Assembly (NCBI GenBank): GCA_050185215.1
Contig: JBFWZP010000012.1
Span: forward strand, 11,439 to 75,438
Reading direction: 5' to 3'
Source of the DNA: Dehalococcoidia bacterium
GTDB lineage: Bacteria > Chloroflexota > Dehalococcoidia > Tepidiformales > Tepidiformaceae
Length of the DNA: 64,000 nucleotides
Below the pieces are notes generated by a model. That model was not told the DNA's origin and made no database searches. It was given only the letters and a program-made list of their open reading frames with translations. Both the position numbers and the translations under genes were made by a program. Shown piece by piece: positions 1-14,585 of this stretch (positions are counted from its first letter, which is position 1; each line of letters begins with the position of its first letter).

Positions 1-632
1 ATGGCCTGGTCTCGAACCTCCTCCTGGTGATGGGTGTCGCCGGCGCGGCGCCCGGGCGCAGCTTCGTCCTTCTCGCCGGCGTGGGCGGGCTCCTCGCGGG
101 TGCTATCAGCATGGCCCTGGGCGAATGGATTAGCGTCCGGAGTTCAGCGGAAGCGTTCGCCCGCCAGGTTTCAATCGAACGCGAAGAACTCGAAGCGAAT
201 CCCGAAGAAGAGGCGGAGGAACTCTTCCTTATTTATAGAGCGAAGGGGCTGAACGAAGAGGAAGCCCGCCGAATGGCGAATCGCATCATCGGAAACCACG
301 ACATCGCGCTCGATACCCTCACCCGCGAGGAACTTGGCATGTCCGAATCCGAGGCTGGCAATGCATGGGTCGCCGGCGGCACGTCCTTCTCGACATTTGC
401 TGTGGGCGCCGTCCTCCCTATCCTCCCGTGGCTGTTCATTGGCGGTTCGGCCGGCATCGCCGTCAGTGCCGTCCTCAGTGCGGCCGGCCTGTTCCTCACG
501 GGCGCCATCACCACCCTGTTCACCGGCCGGAGCATTCTCTTCTCCGGCGCGAGGATGGTGCTCTTTGGTGCCGCCGGGGCGGTGCTTTCCTTCGTTGTCG
601 GAGGTCTTATCGGAGCCGGGACGGGCGTTTAG
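1..632 (+). CDS. VIT1/CCC1-family iron/manganese transporter; 5' end runs off the window
   Basis: The frame is open from base 3, so the GTG at 27 is probably internal. Translation shows GVAGA...GEWISVRSS...EELFLIYRAKGL...ALDTLTREELG followed by C-terminal hydrophobic helices, which is the typical VIT1 layout. Confidence 0.75.
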   Translation, partial: GLVSNLLLVMGVAGAAPGRSFVLLAGVGGLLAGAISMALGEWISVRSSAEAFARQVSIEREELEANPEEEAEELFLIYRAKGLNEEEARRMANRIIGNHDIALDTLTREELGMSESEAGNAWVAGGTSFSTFAVGAVLPILPWLFIGGSAGIAVSAVLSAAGLFLTGAITTLFTGRSILFSGARMVLFGAAGAVLSFVVGGLIGAGTGV

Positions 633-638
633 TTGATC

Positions 639-1136
639 CTAGACTGCGATTTCGATTGCCAGCCGGTGGTCGACAGTCCTGATCGACGTGACGCGGTAAT
701 CGGCCCCCGCGGCGATAGCATCCAGGCGCTGGTTCAGCGGGCGCTCCATCGCCTTCGCCACGTCTTCAGGCTGGGCGATTTCTCCGAGCGACGAATCAAC
801 CACGTCCAATTCCAGGCGTCCATCCACGATATTGGGGTTCACCGTGATCCTCGCGCGAAATCCCACACCCAGCCCGCCTGCCGTGATCGCCGCCCGGATG
901 ATCCCATTCGACCCGACCGCCACTTCCACTACCGGTTGGTCGCCGAAGCCCTGGAATCCGTCAAGTTCCTGAGAGAACAGCTGTGCCAGTGCGACTTCGC
1001 TCAGCACGAGAGCGACATTGCCGCCACCGGCCCCTTCGGCATCGGTAGAGCTGCCGTTGGTGTCGATGGAGAAGAACAGAACGGTCGCGATGACCCCGCA
1101 AAGTCCGCCGAGGGCCAGGAAAAGCAGGGGTCTCAT
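639..1136 (-). CDS. hypothetical membrane-anchored protein (possibly DUF2993-like)
   Basis: The ORF is 639..1199. The Arg-rich first 21 codons look spurious. The internal start MRPLLFLALGGLCGVIATVLFF gives a signal/anchor helix followed by a soluble domain. I recognised no specific family. Confidence 0.5.
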   Translation of the reverse strand: MRPLLFLALGGLCGVIATVLFFSIDTNGSSTDAEGAGGGNVALVLSEVALAQLFSQELDGFQGFGDQPVVEVAVGSNGIIRAAITAGGLGVGFRARITVNPNIVDGRLELDVVDSSLGEIAQPEDVAKAMERPLNQRLDAIAAGADYRVTSIRTVDHRLAIEIAV

Positions 1137-1207
1137 CGGCCGATTACGATGCGACCTCACACGGAATGGGGCAACCCGGCAGCCTCGGCGCCGGCACACC
1201 GCGCTGC

Positions 1208-1236
1208 TTGCACAAATCGCGCGCCGTTGGCATACT
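1208..1236 (+). promoter_or_regulatory. sigma70-like promoter for the 5S rRNA gene
   Basis: The -35 is TTGCAC (1208-1213), the spacer is 17 nt, and the -10 is CATACT (1231-1236). The -10 ends 7 nt before the predicted 5S 5' end. Confidence 0.45.
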
Positions 1237-1242
1237 GATGGT

Positions 1243-1359
1243 TCTGGTGGCTAGAGCGAGGTGGTCCCACCCGTTCCCATCCCGAACACGGTTAGTGAAA
1301 CGCCTCAGCGCTGACGATACTGCCCGGGCAACTGGGTGGGAAAATAGGCCGCCGCCGGT
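1243..1359 (+). rRNA. rrf: 5S ribosomal RNA, not linked to a 23S gene
   Basis: The sequence contains the conserved 5S core CCCACCCGUUCCCAUCCCGAACACGG...GUGAAACG...AGCGC.GA.GAUACUG...GGGAAAAUAGG. Helix I pairs CUGGUGGC (1244-1251) with GCCGCCGG (1351-1358), including two G-U pairs. Length is about 117 nt. Confidence 0.9.
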
Positions 1360-1368
1360 CAATAGAAG

Positions 1369-1392
1369 AACCGCCCGAACAGGCGGTTTTTT
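1369..1392 (+). terminator. intrinsic terminator after the 5S rRNA
   Basis: The stem is AACCGCC (1369-1375) paired with GGCGGTT (1382-1388), with a 6-nt loop. It runs into TTTTTT. Confidence 0.7.
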
Positions 1393-1593
1393 CGTCTCCA
1401 TCCGGACGATGCCTTCGAATCTCCCGAATGTTTCCTTTGCGCGTGGGAAAAGCCCCGAACGCTTCGCGCACGGCCGCGGCGACTGATTTCCCGGAAGGAT
1501 CAGCCGCTGCTACAATCGGGACAAGATCCCAAATTTCCACCCTGGTCGTATTGCCTCTACGGAGGCCTCCCGGCCCACCAATCGGAGCCCAAA

Positions 1594-3222
1594 TTGTCAG
1601 CAGATACCGCCCAGCCAGAAACCCCAGAAGCCGAAATGGACATGGGGGCGCTCCTCGAAATGGAGGACGCCCAGCCGGGGCAGCTTCGCCGCGGCGAAAT
1701 TGTCGAGGGGATGGTCATGGGCGCGTCTCCCGATGGCCTGATGTTGGATGTCGGCACCAAGACTGAAGCCGTCATCCCGCAGGGCGAGATGCTCTCCCTT
1801 GGCGTCGATGGCGCCGCCAAGCTCAAGGCAGGCGACACCGTCAAGGTCATGGTCCTTCAGCCTTCCTCGTCCGAAGGCCACGCGATCGTCTCGCTCGACC
1901 GCGCCCGCGGCGAAGAAGGGTGGGACACCCTGGCCGCCCGCCACGAATCCGGCGAAATCTTCGATGCCCAGGTCACCGGCCATAATCGTGGCGGGATCCT
2001 GGTCAACGTCGATGGTGTGAACGCCTTTGTGCCGCTCTCGCAGATCGATAGCGTCCGCCGCGATGATCCCGATGCCTCCAGCCAGTTGGCCAACCTCGTC
2101 GGCACATCCATTCGCCTGAAGGTCATCGAGCTCAACCGCAAGCGGAACCGAGTCATCCTGTCCGAGCGCGCGGCTATGGCCGAGATTCGCAAGGAACAGA
2201 AAGATCGCGTCCTCGACGAACTCCAGGAAGGCGAAATCTGTACTGGCAAGGTCTCGTCCATCACCGATTTCGGCGTCTTCGTCGATCTCGGGGGCGCCGA
2301 CGGCCTCGCCCACATGACGGAACTCACCTGGGAGCGCGGCAAGAAGGCCCGCGACCTCTACAACGTCGGTGACGAAGTCCAGGCGTACATTCTGAAGATC
2401 GACCGCGAGACCAAGAAGATCTCGCTTTCGCTCAAGCGTGCCCAGCCCGAGAAATGGGACAGCACCGTCGATCGCTTCGTCATCGGCCAGATCCTCATCG
2501 GCCGGGTGACCAAGCTCATGGCGTTTGGCGCGTTCGTCCGCCTCGACGGCCCGGTCGAAGGTCTGATTCACATTTCCGAGCTTTCGAACCGGCGCATTCA
2601 ACATCCGAAGGATGTCGTGAAAGAAGGCGATGTCGTCCCGGTGAAGCTGGTCCGCATTGAAAAGGACCGCCACCGCCTCGGCCTCAGCCTTCGCCAGGCG
2701 CGCAACGATGCCGAAGCCATGGGCTTCCAGTTCGATGCCAACGGCGCCGTCATCGACTATCCCGATGATGTCCGCGAGCAATTCCAGTTGCCTGCGCGCG
2801 ATGCTTCTATCCCGGTTCGCAAGCAACCGAAGACCGCTCAGGAGGCCATCGAGCAGGCCGTCTCGCGCGACCCCGAGCCGATCTCGGCCTTCGCGCACGC
2901 GTTCTCGCGAGCGCTGGAGAATGCCGAAGGCGGAGTCACCGTCACCGACGCGCCGGCCGAAGAGCCAGCCGTAGCGGAGGCTTCCGAAGTGGCTGCCCCA
3001 TCCGAACAGGCAGTAGCGGAGACTGCGGAAGTCGTCGAAGCTGAAGTGGCTACGCCGGCAACCGCTGCCGCTGAAGATGCGGGGGCTGCCGTAGCTGAAA
3101 CTCAGGATTCTTCCGAGGCGACAGCGGAACCCGCAGTTGCCGAAAATGAAGCCGTACCGGACGGCTCAGAAACAAAACAAGCAGCACCTTCATCCGAGGA
3201 GGAGTCTGCTGGCGGTTCGTAG
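1594..3222 (+). CDS. rpsA: 30S ribosomal protein S1 with four S1 domains and an acidic Ala/Glu-rich C-terminal tail
   Basis: Four repeats of the S1 OB-fold pattern are present (GEIVEGMV..., GEIFDAQV..., GEICTGKV..., GQILIGRV...). The TTG start at 1594 has GGAG 6 nt upstream. An ATG at 1636 is an alternative start. Confidence 0.9.
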   Translation: MSADTAQPETPEAEMDMGALLEMEDAQPGQLRRGEIVEGMVMGASPDGLMLDVGTKTEAVIPQGEMLSLGVDGAAKLKAGDTVKVMVLQPSSSEGHAIVSLDRARGEEGWDTLAARHESGEIFDAQVTGHNRGGILVNVDGVNAFVPLSQIDSVRRDDPDASSQLANLVGTSIRLKVIELNRKRNRVILSERAAMAEIRKEQKDRVLDELQEGEICTGKVSSITDFGVFVDLGGADGLAHMTELTWERGKKARDLYNVGDEVQAYILKIDRETKKISLSLKRAQPEKWDSTVDRFVIGQILIGRVTKLMAFGAFVRLDGPVEGLIHISELSNRRIQHPKDVVKEGDVVPVKLVRIEKDRHRLGLSLRQARNDAEAMGFQFDANGAVIDYPDDVREQFQLPARDASIPVRKQPKTAQEAIEQAVSRDPEPISAFAHAFSRALENAEGGVTVTDAPAEEPAVAEASEVAAPSEQAVAETAEVVEAEVATPATAAAEDAGAAVAETQDSSEATAEPAVAENEAVPDGSETKQAAPSSEEESAGGS

Positions 3223-3260
3223 TCGTTCCCTGGGCGTACCCAGTGGGTTTGGAGAAGCAC

Positions 3261-5741
3261 ATGGCCGATAGGTTCGATAAATTCACCGAACGAGCGAGGC
3301 GTGTGCTGACGCTCGCGCAAGAAGAGGCGCATCGCTTCAACCATAACTACATCGGCACCGAGCACATTCTCCTGGGCCTGGTGCGCGAAGGCGACGGCGT
3401 GGCCGCAAAAGTGCTCGCCAACCTTGGAGTCGAGCTCAACAAGGTCCGCTCCGCCGTCGAATTCATCATCGGCCGCGGCGACCGCACCGTTCTCGGCGAA
3501 ATCGGCCTGACCCCACGCGCCAAAAAGGTCATCGAACTCGCCGTCGACGAAGCCCGCCGGCTCTCCCACAGCTATATCGGCACCGAGCACCTGCTCCTCG
3601 GCCTCGTCCGCGAAGGCGAAGGTATCGCTGCCGGTGTGCTCGAGAGCCTGGGCGTAAACCTCGAACGAGTCCGCGCCGAAACCACCCGCATCCTCAGCCA
3701 GTCGGCCCCCCAGGCGGCCGGCGGAGCTACTGCCGGTGCCGGCGCTCGCCAGGCAACCCGCACCCCCACCGTCGATCAGCTCGGCGCCGACCTCACCCAG
3801 GCCGCGCGAAACAACCAGCTCGATCCGGTCATCGGCCGCTCGAACGAACTCGAGCGCGTCGTCCAGATTCTCTCCCGGCGAACTAAAAACAATCCGGTGC
3901 TCATCGGCGAGCCTGGCGTCGGTAAGACCGCCATCGCCGAACTTCTCGCGCAGCGCATCGTCAGCGGCGACGTGCCGGAGACTCTCCAGGGCAAGCGCCT
4001 CATCACGCTCGATATCGGCTCGCTCGTCGCGGGCACCAAGTATCGGGGCGAATTCGAGGAGCGCCTGAAGAAGGTTATCGAGGAGATCAAGGGCGCCGGC
4101 AACTGCATCCTCTTCATCGACGAGTTGCATATGCTCGTCGGTGCGGGCGCGGCCGAGGGCGCGGTTGACGCCGCGAACATCCTCAAGCCATCGCTCGCCC
4201 GGGGCGAACTCCAGTGCATCGGCGCCACCACGCTCGATGAATTCCGCAAGCACATTGAGCGCGACGCGGCCCTCGAACGGCGCTTCCAGCCGGTCATGGT
4301 CGAGCAGCCCTCGGTCGAGGAGACAATCGAGATCCTCAAGGGCATCCGCCCGCGCTATGAGGAGCACCACAAGTTAAAGATTAGCGATGCGGCCCTCGTC
4401 GGGGCCGCCGAGCTCTCTTCCCGCTACGTCAGTGACCGGTTCCTACCGGACAAGGCCATTGACCTCATCGACGAGGCATCGAGCCGCGTCCGAATCCGCC
4501 GCGCTGCCACCCCACCCTCGCTCAAAGAAGCGATGAAGGGCCTCGAGAGCCTGCGCCGCGAAAAGGACCAGGCGATCGCTTCGCAACAGTACGAATACGC
4601 CGCCGAACTCCGCGACCGCGAACTCAAGCTCCAGGACAAGATCAAGGAGATGGGCGAGTGGGAAGAGGGCGAAGAAGGCATCGCGACTCCTGTCGTTACG
4701 GAAGAGGACATCTCCGAGGTCGTCTCGATGTGGACCGGCATCCCGGTTGCTCGAATCGCCAGCGAAGAGAGTGCCCGCCTCCTCAAAATGGAAGAGCAGC
4801 TCCGCGGCCGGGTCATCGGCCAGGACGAAGCGATCGAGACCATCGCTCGCGCCGTCCGTCGCGCCCGCGCCGGCCTGAAGGACCCGCGCCGCCCGATCGG
4901 TGTGTTCTTGTTCTGCGGCCCTACCGGCGTCGGCAAGACGGAACTGGCCCGCGCTCTCGCCGAATTCATGTTCGACTCCCAGGACAACATGATTAAGCTC
5001 GACATGAGCGAATTCAGCGAGAAGCACACGGTTTCGCGCCTGGTCGGAGCGCCTCCCGGCTACGTCGGTTACGACGACGGTGGCCAGCTGACCGATACCG
5101 TGCGCCGCAAGTCCTACTGCCTCATCCTTCTCGACGAGATCGAAAAGGCACACCCGGAAGTCTTCAACCTGCTCCTGCAGATCTTCGATGAAGGCCGCCT
5201 GGCCGATGCGAAGGGCCGCAAGGTCGACTTCCGCAACACCATCATCATCATGACCTCGAACGTCGGGTCCGACCTCATCAAGAAGGATTCCGGCCTCGGC
5301 TTTGCGACCGCACAGGACGACATCAAGTCCGGTGAGGATCGCTACCAGCGCATGAAGGAGAAGGTGCTCACGGAACTGAAGAACGTCTTCAAGCCCGAGT
5401 TCCTGAACCGAATCGATAGCACGGTCGTCTTCCGCTCGCTCAGCCGCGAGGACATCCGCCGCATCGTTGATAACGAGCTTCGCAAGGTCGAAAAGCAGCT
5501 GATGCTCAAGGGCGTGACCATGGAAGTCACGGATGCCGGCAAGGACTGGCTCGGCGACAAGGGTTACGACCCGGTCTTCGGCGCCCGGCCGCTCCGCAGG
5601 GTCATCCAGGACAACATCGAAGATCGGCTCAGTGAGCTGCTCCTCTCCGGCGAATTCGGTTCGGGCGATTCCGTCCGCATCGATGCCGAAGAAGGCGAGC
5701 TCAAGATCGAGCCAGTTCGCGAGCCGGCTGCTGTCGGTTAG
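3261..5741 (+). CDS. clpC: ATP-dependent Clp protease ATP-binding subunit ClpC
   Basis: The N-terminus [16 protein letters not shown] carries two Clp_N repeats ([13 protein letters not shown] and [13 protein letters not shown]). There are two Walker A motifs ([16 protein letters not shown]) and a UVR-like linker [20 protein letters not shown] precedes the ATG at 3261. Confidence 0.93.
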   Translation: MADRFDKFTERARRVLTLAQEEAHRFNHNYIGTEHILLGLVREGDGVAAKVLANLGVELNKVRSAVEFIIGRGDRTVLGEIGLTPRAKKVIELAVDEARRLSHSYIGTEHLLLGLVREGEGIAAGVLESLGVNLERVRAETTRILSQSAPQAAGGATAGAGARQATRTPTVDQLGADLTQAARNNQLDPVIGRSNELERVVQILSRRTKNNPVLIGEPGVGKTAIAELLAQRIVSGDVPETLQGKRLITLDIGSLVAGTKYRGEFEERLKKVIEEIKGAGNCILFIDELHMLVGAGAAEGAVDAANILKPSLARGELQCIGATTLDEFRKHIERDAALERRFQPVMVEQPSVEETIEILKGIRPRYEEHHKLKISDAALVGAAELSSRYVSDRFLPDKAIDLIDEASSRVRIRRAATPPSLKEAMKGLESLRREKDQAIASQQYEYAAELRDRELKLQDKIKEMGEWEEGEEGIATPVVTEEDISEVVSMWTGIPVARIASEESARLLKMEEQLRGRVIGQDEAIETIARAVRRARAGLKDPRRPIGVFLFCGPTGVGKTELARALAEFMFDSQDNMIKLDMSEFSEKHTVSRLVGAPPGYVGYDDGGQLTDTVRRKSYCLILLDEIEKAHPEVFNLLLQIFDEGRLADAKGRKVDFRNTIIIMTSNVGSDLIKKDSGLGFATAQDDIKSGEDRYQRMKEKVLTELKNVFKPEFLNRIDSTVVFRSLSREDIRRIVDNELRKVEKQLMLKGVTMEVTDAGKDWLGDKGYDPVFGARPLRRVIQDNIEDRLSELLLSGEFGSGDSVRIDAEEGELKIEPVREPAAVG

Positions 5742-5765
5742 CGCTTAACCAGCTCCAAAACGTCG

Positions 5766-5791
5766 GCCGACCGGGTATCAGCCCGGTCGGC
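5766..5791 (+). terminator. 10-bp GC-rich hairpin downstream of clpC (possible terminator or attenuator; no U-tract)
   Basis: The stem is GCCGACCGGG (5766-5775) paired with CCCGGTCGGC (5782-5791), with loop TATCAG. The sequence that follows is TGGCTGGC rather than a T-run. Confidence 0.4.
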
Positions 5792-5800
5792 TGGCTGGCA

Positions 5801-5829
5801 TTGACGAATCTGGGGAATTTCTCTAACAT
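5801..5829 (+). promoter_or_regulatory. sigma70-like promoter upstream of rpoB
   Basis: The -35 is TTGACG (5801-5806), the spacer is 17 nt, and the -10 is TAACAT (5824-5829). It lies in the only AT-richer stretch between clpC and rpoB. Confidence 0.45.
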
Positions 5830-5932
5830 TTGTATTTGGCTTGCCATGCCCAGTCTTCCCAGTGCATCGGTTTGTCCACACGCTATTCCTAACGTGTCCA
5901 TCGCCCAGTAGTCCTGAAGGAGTTGCCACAGG

Positions 5933-9773
<3,841 letters not shown>

Positions 9774-9790
<17 letters not shown>

Positions 9791-12700
9791 TTTCAACCAG
9801 GTTCGCATCGCCCTCGCCAGCCCCGAGCAGATTCGCTCGTGGAGCTACGGCGAGGTCACGAAGCCTGAGACCATCAACTACCGCACGCTGAAGCCGGAGA
9901 AGGACGGGCTCTTCTGCGAGAAGATTTTCGGCCCCACCAAGGACTTCGAGTGCTACTGCGGTAAGTACAAGCGCGTCCGCTACAAGGGCATCATCTGCGA
10001 TAAGTGCGGTGTCGAAGTCGCTCGCGCCAAGGTTCGCCGCGAGCGCATGGGCCATATCGAACTCGCCAGCGCCGTCAGCCACATCTGGTTCGTGAAGGGC
10101 ACACCGAGCAAGCTCGGCCTCCTTCTCGACATGTCGCCGCGTAACCTCGAGCGCGTCCTCTACTTCGCCCAGTACATGATCATTGAGGTCGACGAGGAAG
10201 CCCGGAACCGCGAACTCGAACATCTCCGCTCCGAGATGCAGAACGTAGTCGAAGAGCGCGTGGCCGACATCCGGCCTCGCCGCGAACAACTCGAAAAGCA
10301 ACTCGAAGAGGCGAATACCGAGCTTCAGGCGAAGGTCGCCGAGAAGCAGCAGCAGATCGGCAGCGAGCGCCAACTCTCCCGCGACGCCCTGGCGGCCTCG
10401 GTCCAGCGTGGCGTCGAAACGGCGGAAGCCGCGCGCGGCAACACCCTCGAATCCGAGATCTCACTTCTCGGCGATGTCATCCTCGAAGCCGGCGTTAAGG
10501 TCACTGCGGCGATGGTCAACCGTGTCCAGCGCGAAGGCGACAAGAAACTTGCGGCCTTCGACAAGGAGACCGCCAAGCTCCAGGGCCTCGAAGGCAACGC
10601 CGCGGACTCCGCCCTCGACGACGCCAAGGCTGCTCTCTTCGATGAGCTTCACCCCCTTCAGCAGAAGGAAAAGCAGCTCCGCGACGAAGTCGAGGAGCAG
10701 TACCGCGAGCGACTGAAGGACCTTGAGGACCTCAAGGACCCGATCCGCGACGACCAGGTCGTCCTCATTACTGAGACACGTTACCGCGAACTGTCCGACC
10801 TCTTCGGCCACGTCTTCACCGCGGGTATGGGAGCCGAAGCCGTCCTCGAAGTCCTCCGCCGCGTGGACCTGGACGCAATGCGCGCTCGCCTGAAGCAGGA
10901 AATCATTACCGCCAGCGGCATGCGCCGTAAAAAGGCCACCAAGCGCCTCAACGTTGTCGAAGCGCTGAAGAACTCGGGCAACAAGCCCGAGTGGATGGTC
11001 TTTCAGGTGCTTCCAGTTCTCCCGCCGGACCTTCGCCCGATGGTCCAGCTCGATGGCGGCCGCTTCGCAACCAGCGACCTGAACGACCTCTATCGCCGCG
11101 TGATCAACCGGAACAACCGCCTCAAGCGTCTTCTGGATCTCGGTGCCCCCGAAATCATCATTCGAAACGAAAAGCGCATGCTCCAGGAGGCCGTCGATAG
11201 CCTTATCGACAATGGCCGCCGTGGCCGCGCCGTTTCCGGCAGCGGAAACCACAAGCTCAAGAGCCTGTCCGACATGCTCAAAGGCAAGCAAGGCCGCTTC
11301 CGTCAGAATCTCCTCGGCAAGCGCGTCGACTACTCTGGCCGCTCGGTCATCGTGGTCGGCCCGGAACTCAAGCTGCACCAGTGCGGCCTGCCGAAGCGCA
11401 TGGCGCTCGAGCTCTTCAAGCCGTTCGTGATGCATTCGCTCGTGGCCAAGGGCCTCGCGCACAACATCAAGAGCGCGAAGCGCATCGTTGAACGCGCCCG
11501 CCCCGAAGTCTGGGACGTCCTCGATGAGGTCATCCACGACCGGCCGGTGCTCCTCAACCGCGCCCCCACGCTCCACCGCCTCGGTATCCAGGCATTCCAG
11601 CCGGTGCTGATCGAAGGTTCGGCCATCCAGCTTCACCCGCTCGTCTGCTCGGCGTTCAACGCGGACTTCGACGGCGACCAGATGGCCGTCCACGTGCCGC
11701 TCAGCCGCGAGGCTGTCGCCGAAGCGAAGCAGATCCTGATGTCGAACCGGAACCTGCTTTCGCCCGCCAGCGGTGACCCGATCGTTGCCCCGTCCCTGGA
11801 TATGGTGCTCGGTTGTTACTACATGACCGACATCGATACCAAGGCGAAGGGCGGCTACAAGGAAGTCAAGGGCCAGCAGCCCGAAGGCGTGTTCGGCTCG
11901 CTCGCCGAAGCCAAGCTCGCGTTTGACCTCGGTATGCTCGACCTCCGCGCACCCATCCGCGTCCGCACCGAGCGGATCGTCGATGGCAACGGTGGCACTG
12001 TCGATGAGCCGACGCTCGACGAGGACGGCAATCCGAAGTCTCGCTTCATCGAGACCACCGTCGGCCGAATCATCTTCAACGAAGTGCTCCCGGAAGGCAT
12101 GCACTTCCAGAACGTGATCATGGACCGCCCGAACCTCCGGAAGGTGGTCTCCACCTGCTACCGCACCATGGGTAGCGAAGAGACCGGCGAAGTCGTCGAC
12201 CGGATCAAGGCCACCGGCTTCCACTACGCCACCCGTTCGGGCATCACCATCGCCATCCACGAGATCCAGGTGCCGAAGAACAAGGAGACCCTCCTCACCG
12301 AGGCGGATGCCAAGGTCGAAGAGCTCCGCGAGCAGTACCAGATGGGCCTCATCACCGACGACGAGCGCTACCAGGAGACGGTCGCGATCTGGGCCGATAC
12401 CACGACCAAGATCGAAACCGCCATCAAGGAGCGCATGCCGGAGTACGGTTCGCTGAACGCAATGGCCAGCTCGGGGACGAAGGGTAACATCACCCAGATT
12501 CGCCAGATGGCCGGCATGCGCGGTCTCATGACCGACCCGAACGGCAAGGTCATCGAGCTCCCGATCCGCGGCTCATTCCGCGAGGGCCTCACCGTTCTCG
12601 AATACTTCATCTCCACCCACGGCGCCCGCAAGGGTCTCGCCGACACCGCTCTCCGCACCGCGGACTCCGGGTATCTCACCCGGCGCCTCATCGATGTCTC

Positions 12701-14228
12701 GCAGGATGTCATCATCCTCGAAGAAGATTGCGGCACCACCAGTGGCCTCTGGATTGAACGCGACGTGAACGGCGACACCGCCGATTCGCTTCGCGCCCGC
12801 ATTCTCGGCCGGTACGCCGCCATGGACATCGTCGACGAGTCCACCGGTGAAGTTATCTGCGCCCGGGGCGAAGAGATTAACGAAGCGGTCTCCGATGAGA
12901 TCGACGCGCGCAAGATCATGCGCGTGTTCGTCCGCACGCCGATGTCCTGCGAGGCCGAGCGCGGGCTTTGCGCCCCGTGCTACGGTCGTGACCTTGCCCG
13001 TGGCACGCTCGTAAAAGAGCGCACCGCGGTTGGGATCATCGCAGCCCAGTCCATTGGCGAACCGGGAACTCAGCTCACCATGCGTACGTTCCACACCGGT
13101 GGCGTCGCATCCCAGACCGACATCACCAGCGGTCTCCCTCGCGTCGAAGAGCTGTTCGAGGCCCGCGCCCCCAAGGGCGAGGCCATCATCAGCGAAACCG
13201 ACGGCGTAGTGGAGCTCGTACAGGAAAACGAACGCCGCGTCGTTCGCGTCAGCAACGTCGATACCCTCGTGGAGGAATACACCATCCCCGCCAAAGGCAA
13301 GGCGCTGGTGGAAGACGGCGAACGCATCGTCGCCGGTGCGCCGGTCGCACAGGGCCCAGAAGCCAAGGGCGCGAAGGGCACCGAGGTGGCTGAACAGGTC
13401 ATCTCGCGAATCTCCGGGGTCGTTCGTCTGTCCGGCAAGAACAAGCTCTCGGTCGTCTACGAAGAGCGCGAAGAGCGCGAGTACGCCATCCCGGCGGCCG
13501 CTCGCCTGCTCGTCGAAAACGGCCAGATGGTCTACGCCGGCGACCAATTGACCGAGGGTGCTCGCAACCCGCAGCACATCCTCCACATCCAGGGCCGCGA
13601 TGCCGTCCGCAAGTACATGGTTGATGAAGTCCAGAAGGTCTATAAGTCCCAGGGCGTAAACATCAACGACAAGCACATCGAAGTGATCACGCGCCAGATG
13701 CTCCGGCGTGTGAAGGTCGACCACCCGGGCGACACCGGCCTCCTGCCGGGTGACCTCGTTGATCGCCGTTCCTTCGAGGAACTGAACAACAAGATCATCG
13801 CCGAAGGCGGCGAGCCGGCAACGGCCCAGCCGGTCCTCCTCGGCGTGACGAAGGCTTCGCTGAACACCGATTCGTGGCTCGCAGCGGCCTCCTTCCAGGA
13901 GACCACCCGCGTGCTCACGAACGCCTCGGTCGAAGGCTCCACGGACAAGCTCCTTGGCCTCAAGGAGAACGTCATCATCGGTAAGCTCATCCCGGCGCGA
14001 AGCGAAATCGAAGTGCCGAAGCGTGAGCACTACGCCGAACTCGATGTGCCCGAGTCCCTCCTCCTCGAAGAGGAAGAGGACCTCGAGCGCATCCTTGCCG
14101 AACGCGAAGCCACCGCCTACCGGCGGCCCGGCGCGGTCGGCCTGCTTGATGACGACGACGAAGAAATCGGCGCCCTCCCCATTGATGAGGACGAAGACTT
14201 CACCATCGGCGGCTCGGACGACGACTAG
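9774..14228 (+). CDS. rpoC: DNA-directed RNA polymerase subunit beta-prime
   Basis: The ATG at 9774 gives [28 protein letters not shown]. The zinc-binding CYCGKYK..CDKCG and catalytic NADFDGDQM motifs are present. The ORF-track start at 9582 is an off-target extension inside rpoB. The gene overlaps the rpoB stop by 17 nt. Confidence 0.97.
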
Positions 14229-14255
14229 CCGTCCAACCCAGCGACCATACAAGAC

Positions 14256-14288
14256 GGGCCCCTCGCAAGAGGGGCCCGTTTTCGTTTT
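14256..14288 (+). terminator. intrinsic terminator of rpoBC
   Basis: The stem is GGGCCCCTC paired with GAGGGGCCC, with loop GCAA. It is followed by GTTTTCGTTTT. Confidence 0.8.
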
Positions 14289-14294
14289 GGTTGT

Positions 14295-14585
14295 CTACGG
14301 ATCTCGGAGAATGTCGTGAGTTCCGATCCGCCGCCAGATAATGTGCGGCTCGCCCTCGGTGAGTTCCTGGCCATACTCGAATGTCGCTCGGCCGTCGTTC
14401 GCCCACGTCAGCTCGAAGATGCCCCGATGGCCTGACATCCGTTTGAGTCGCAGCCCCCGCTGCCAGCGTCCGCTGCGGAACGATTCGACAAGCTCCGGGA
14501 TGTGTTGCAGGAAGGCCTTCTGCTGGTCCGGGGTGAGATTCCGAAACTCTGCCATGAACCGCTCATGCCATGCGAAGGTTGGCAC
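14295..14585 (-). CDS. RelE/ParE-superfamily type II toxin (putative)
   Basis: The 96-aa product has a C-terminal pattern LKRMSGHRGIFELTWANDGRATFEY...IIWRRIGTHDI, resembling the RelE/ParE 'Lkg..g.yrlRvgdyR..y......i.v..igHR' layout. Its GTG start shares one base with the upstream stop codon. Confidence 0.55.
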   Translation of the reverse strand: MPTFAWHERFMAEFRNLTPDQQKAFLQHIPELVESFRSGRWQRGLRLKRMSGHRGIFELTWANDGRATFEYGQELTEGEPHIIWRRIGTHDILRDP

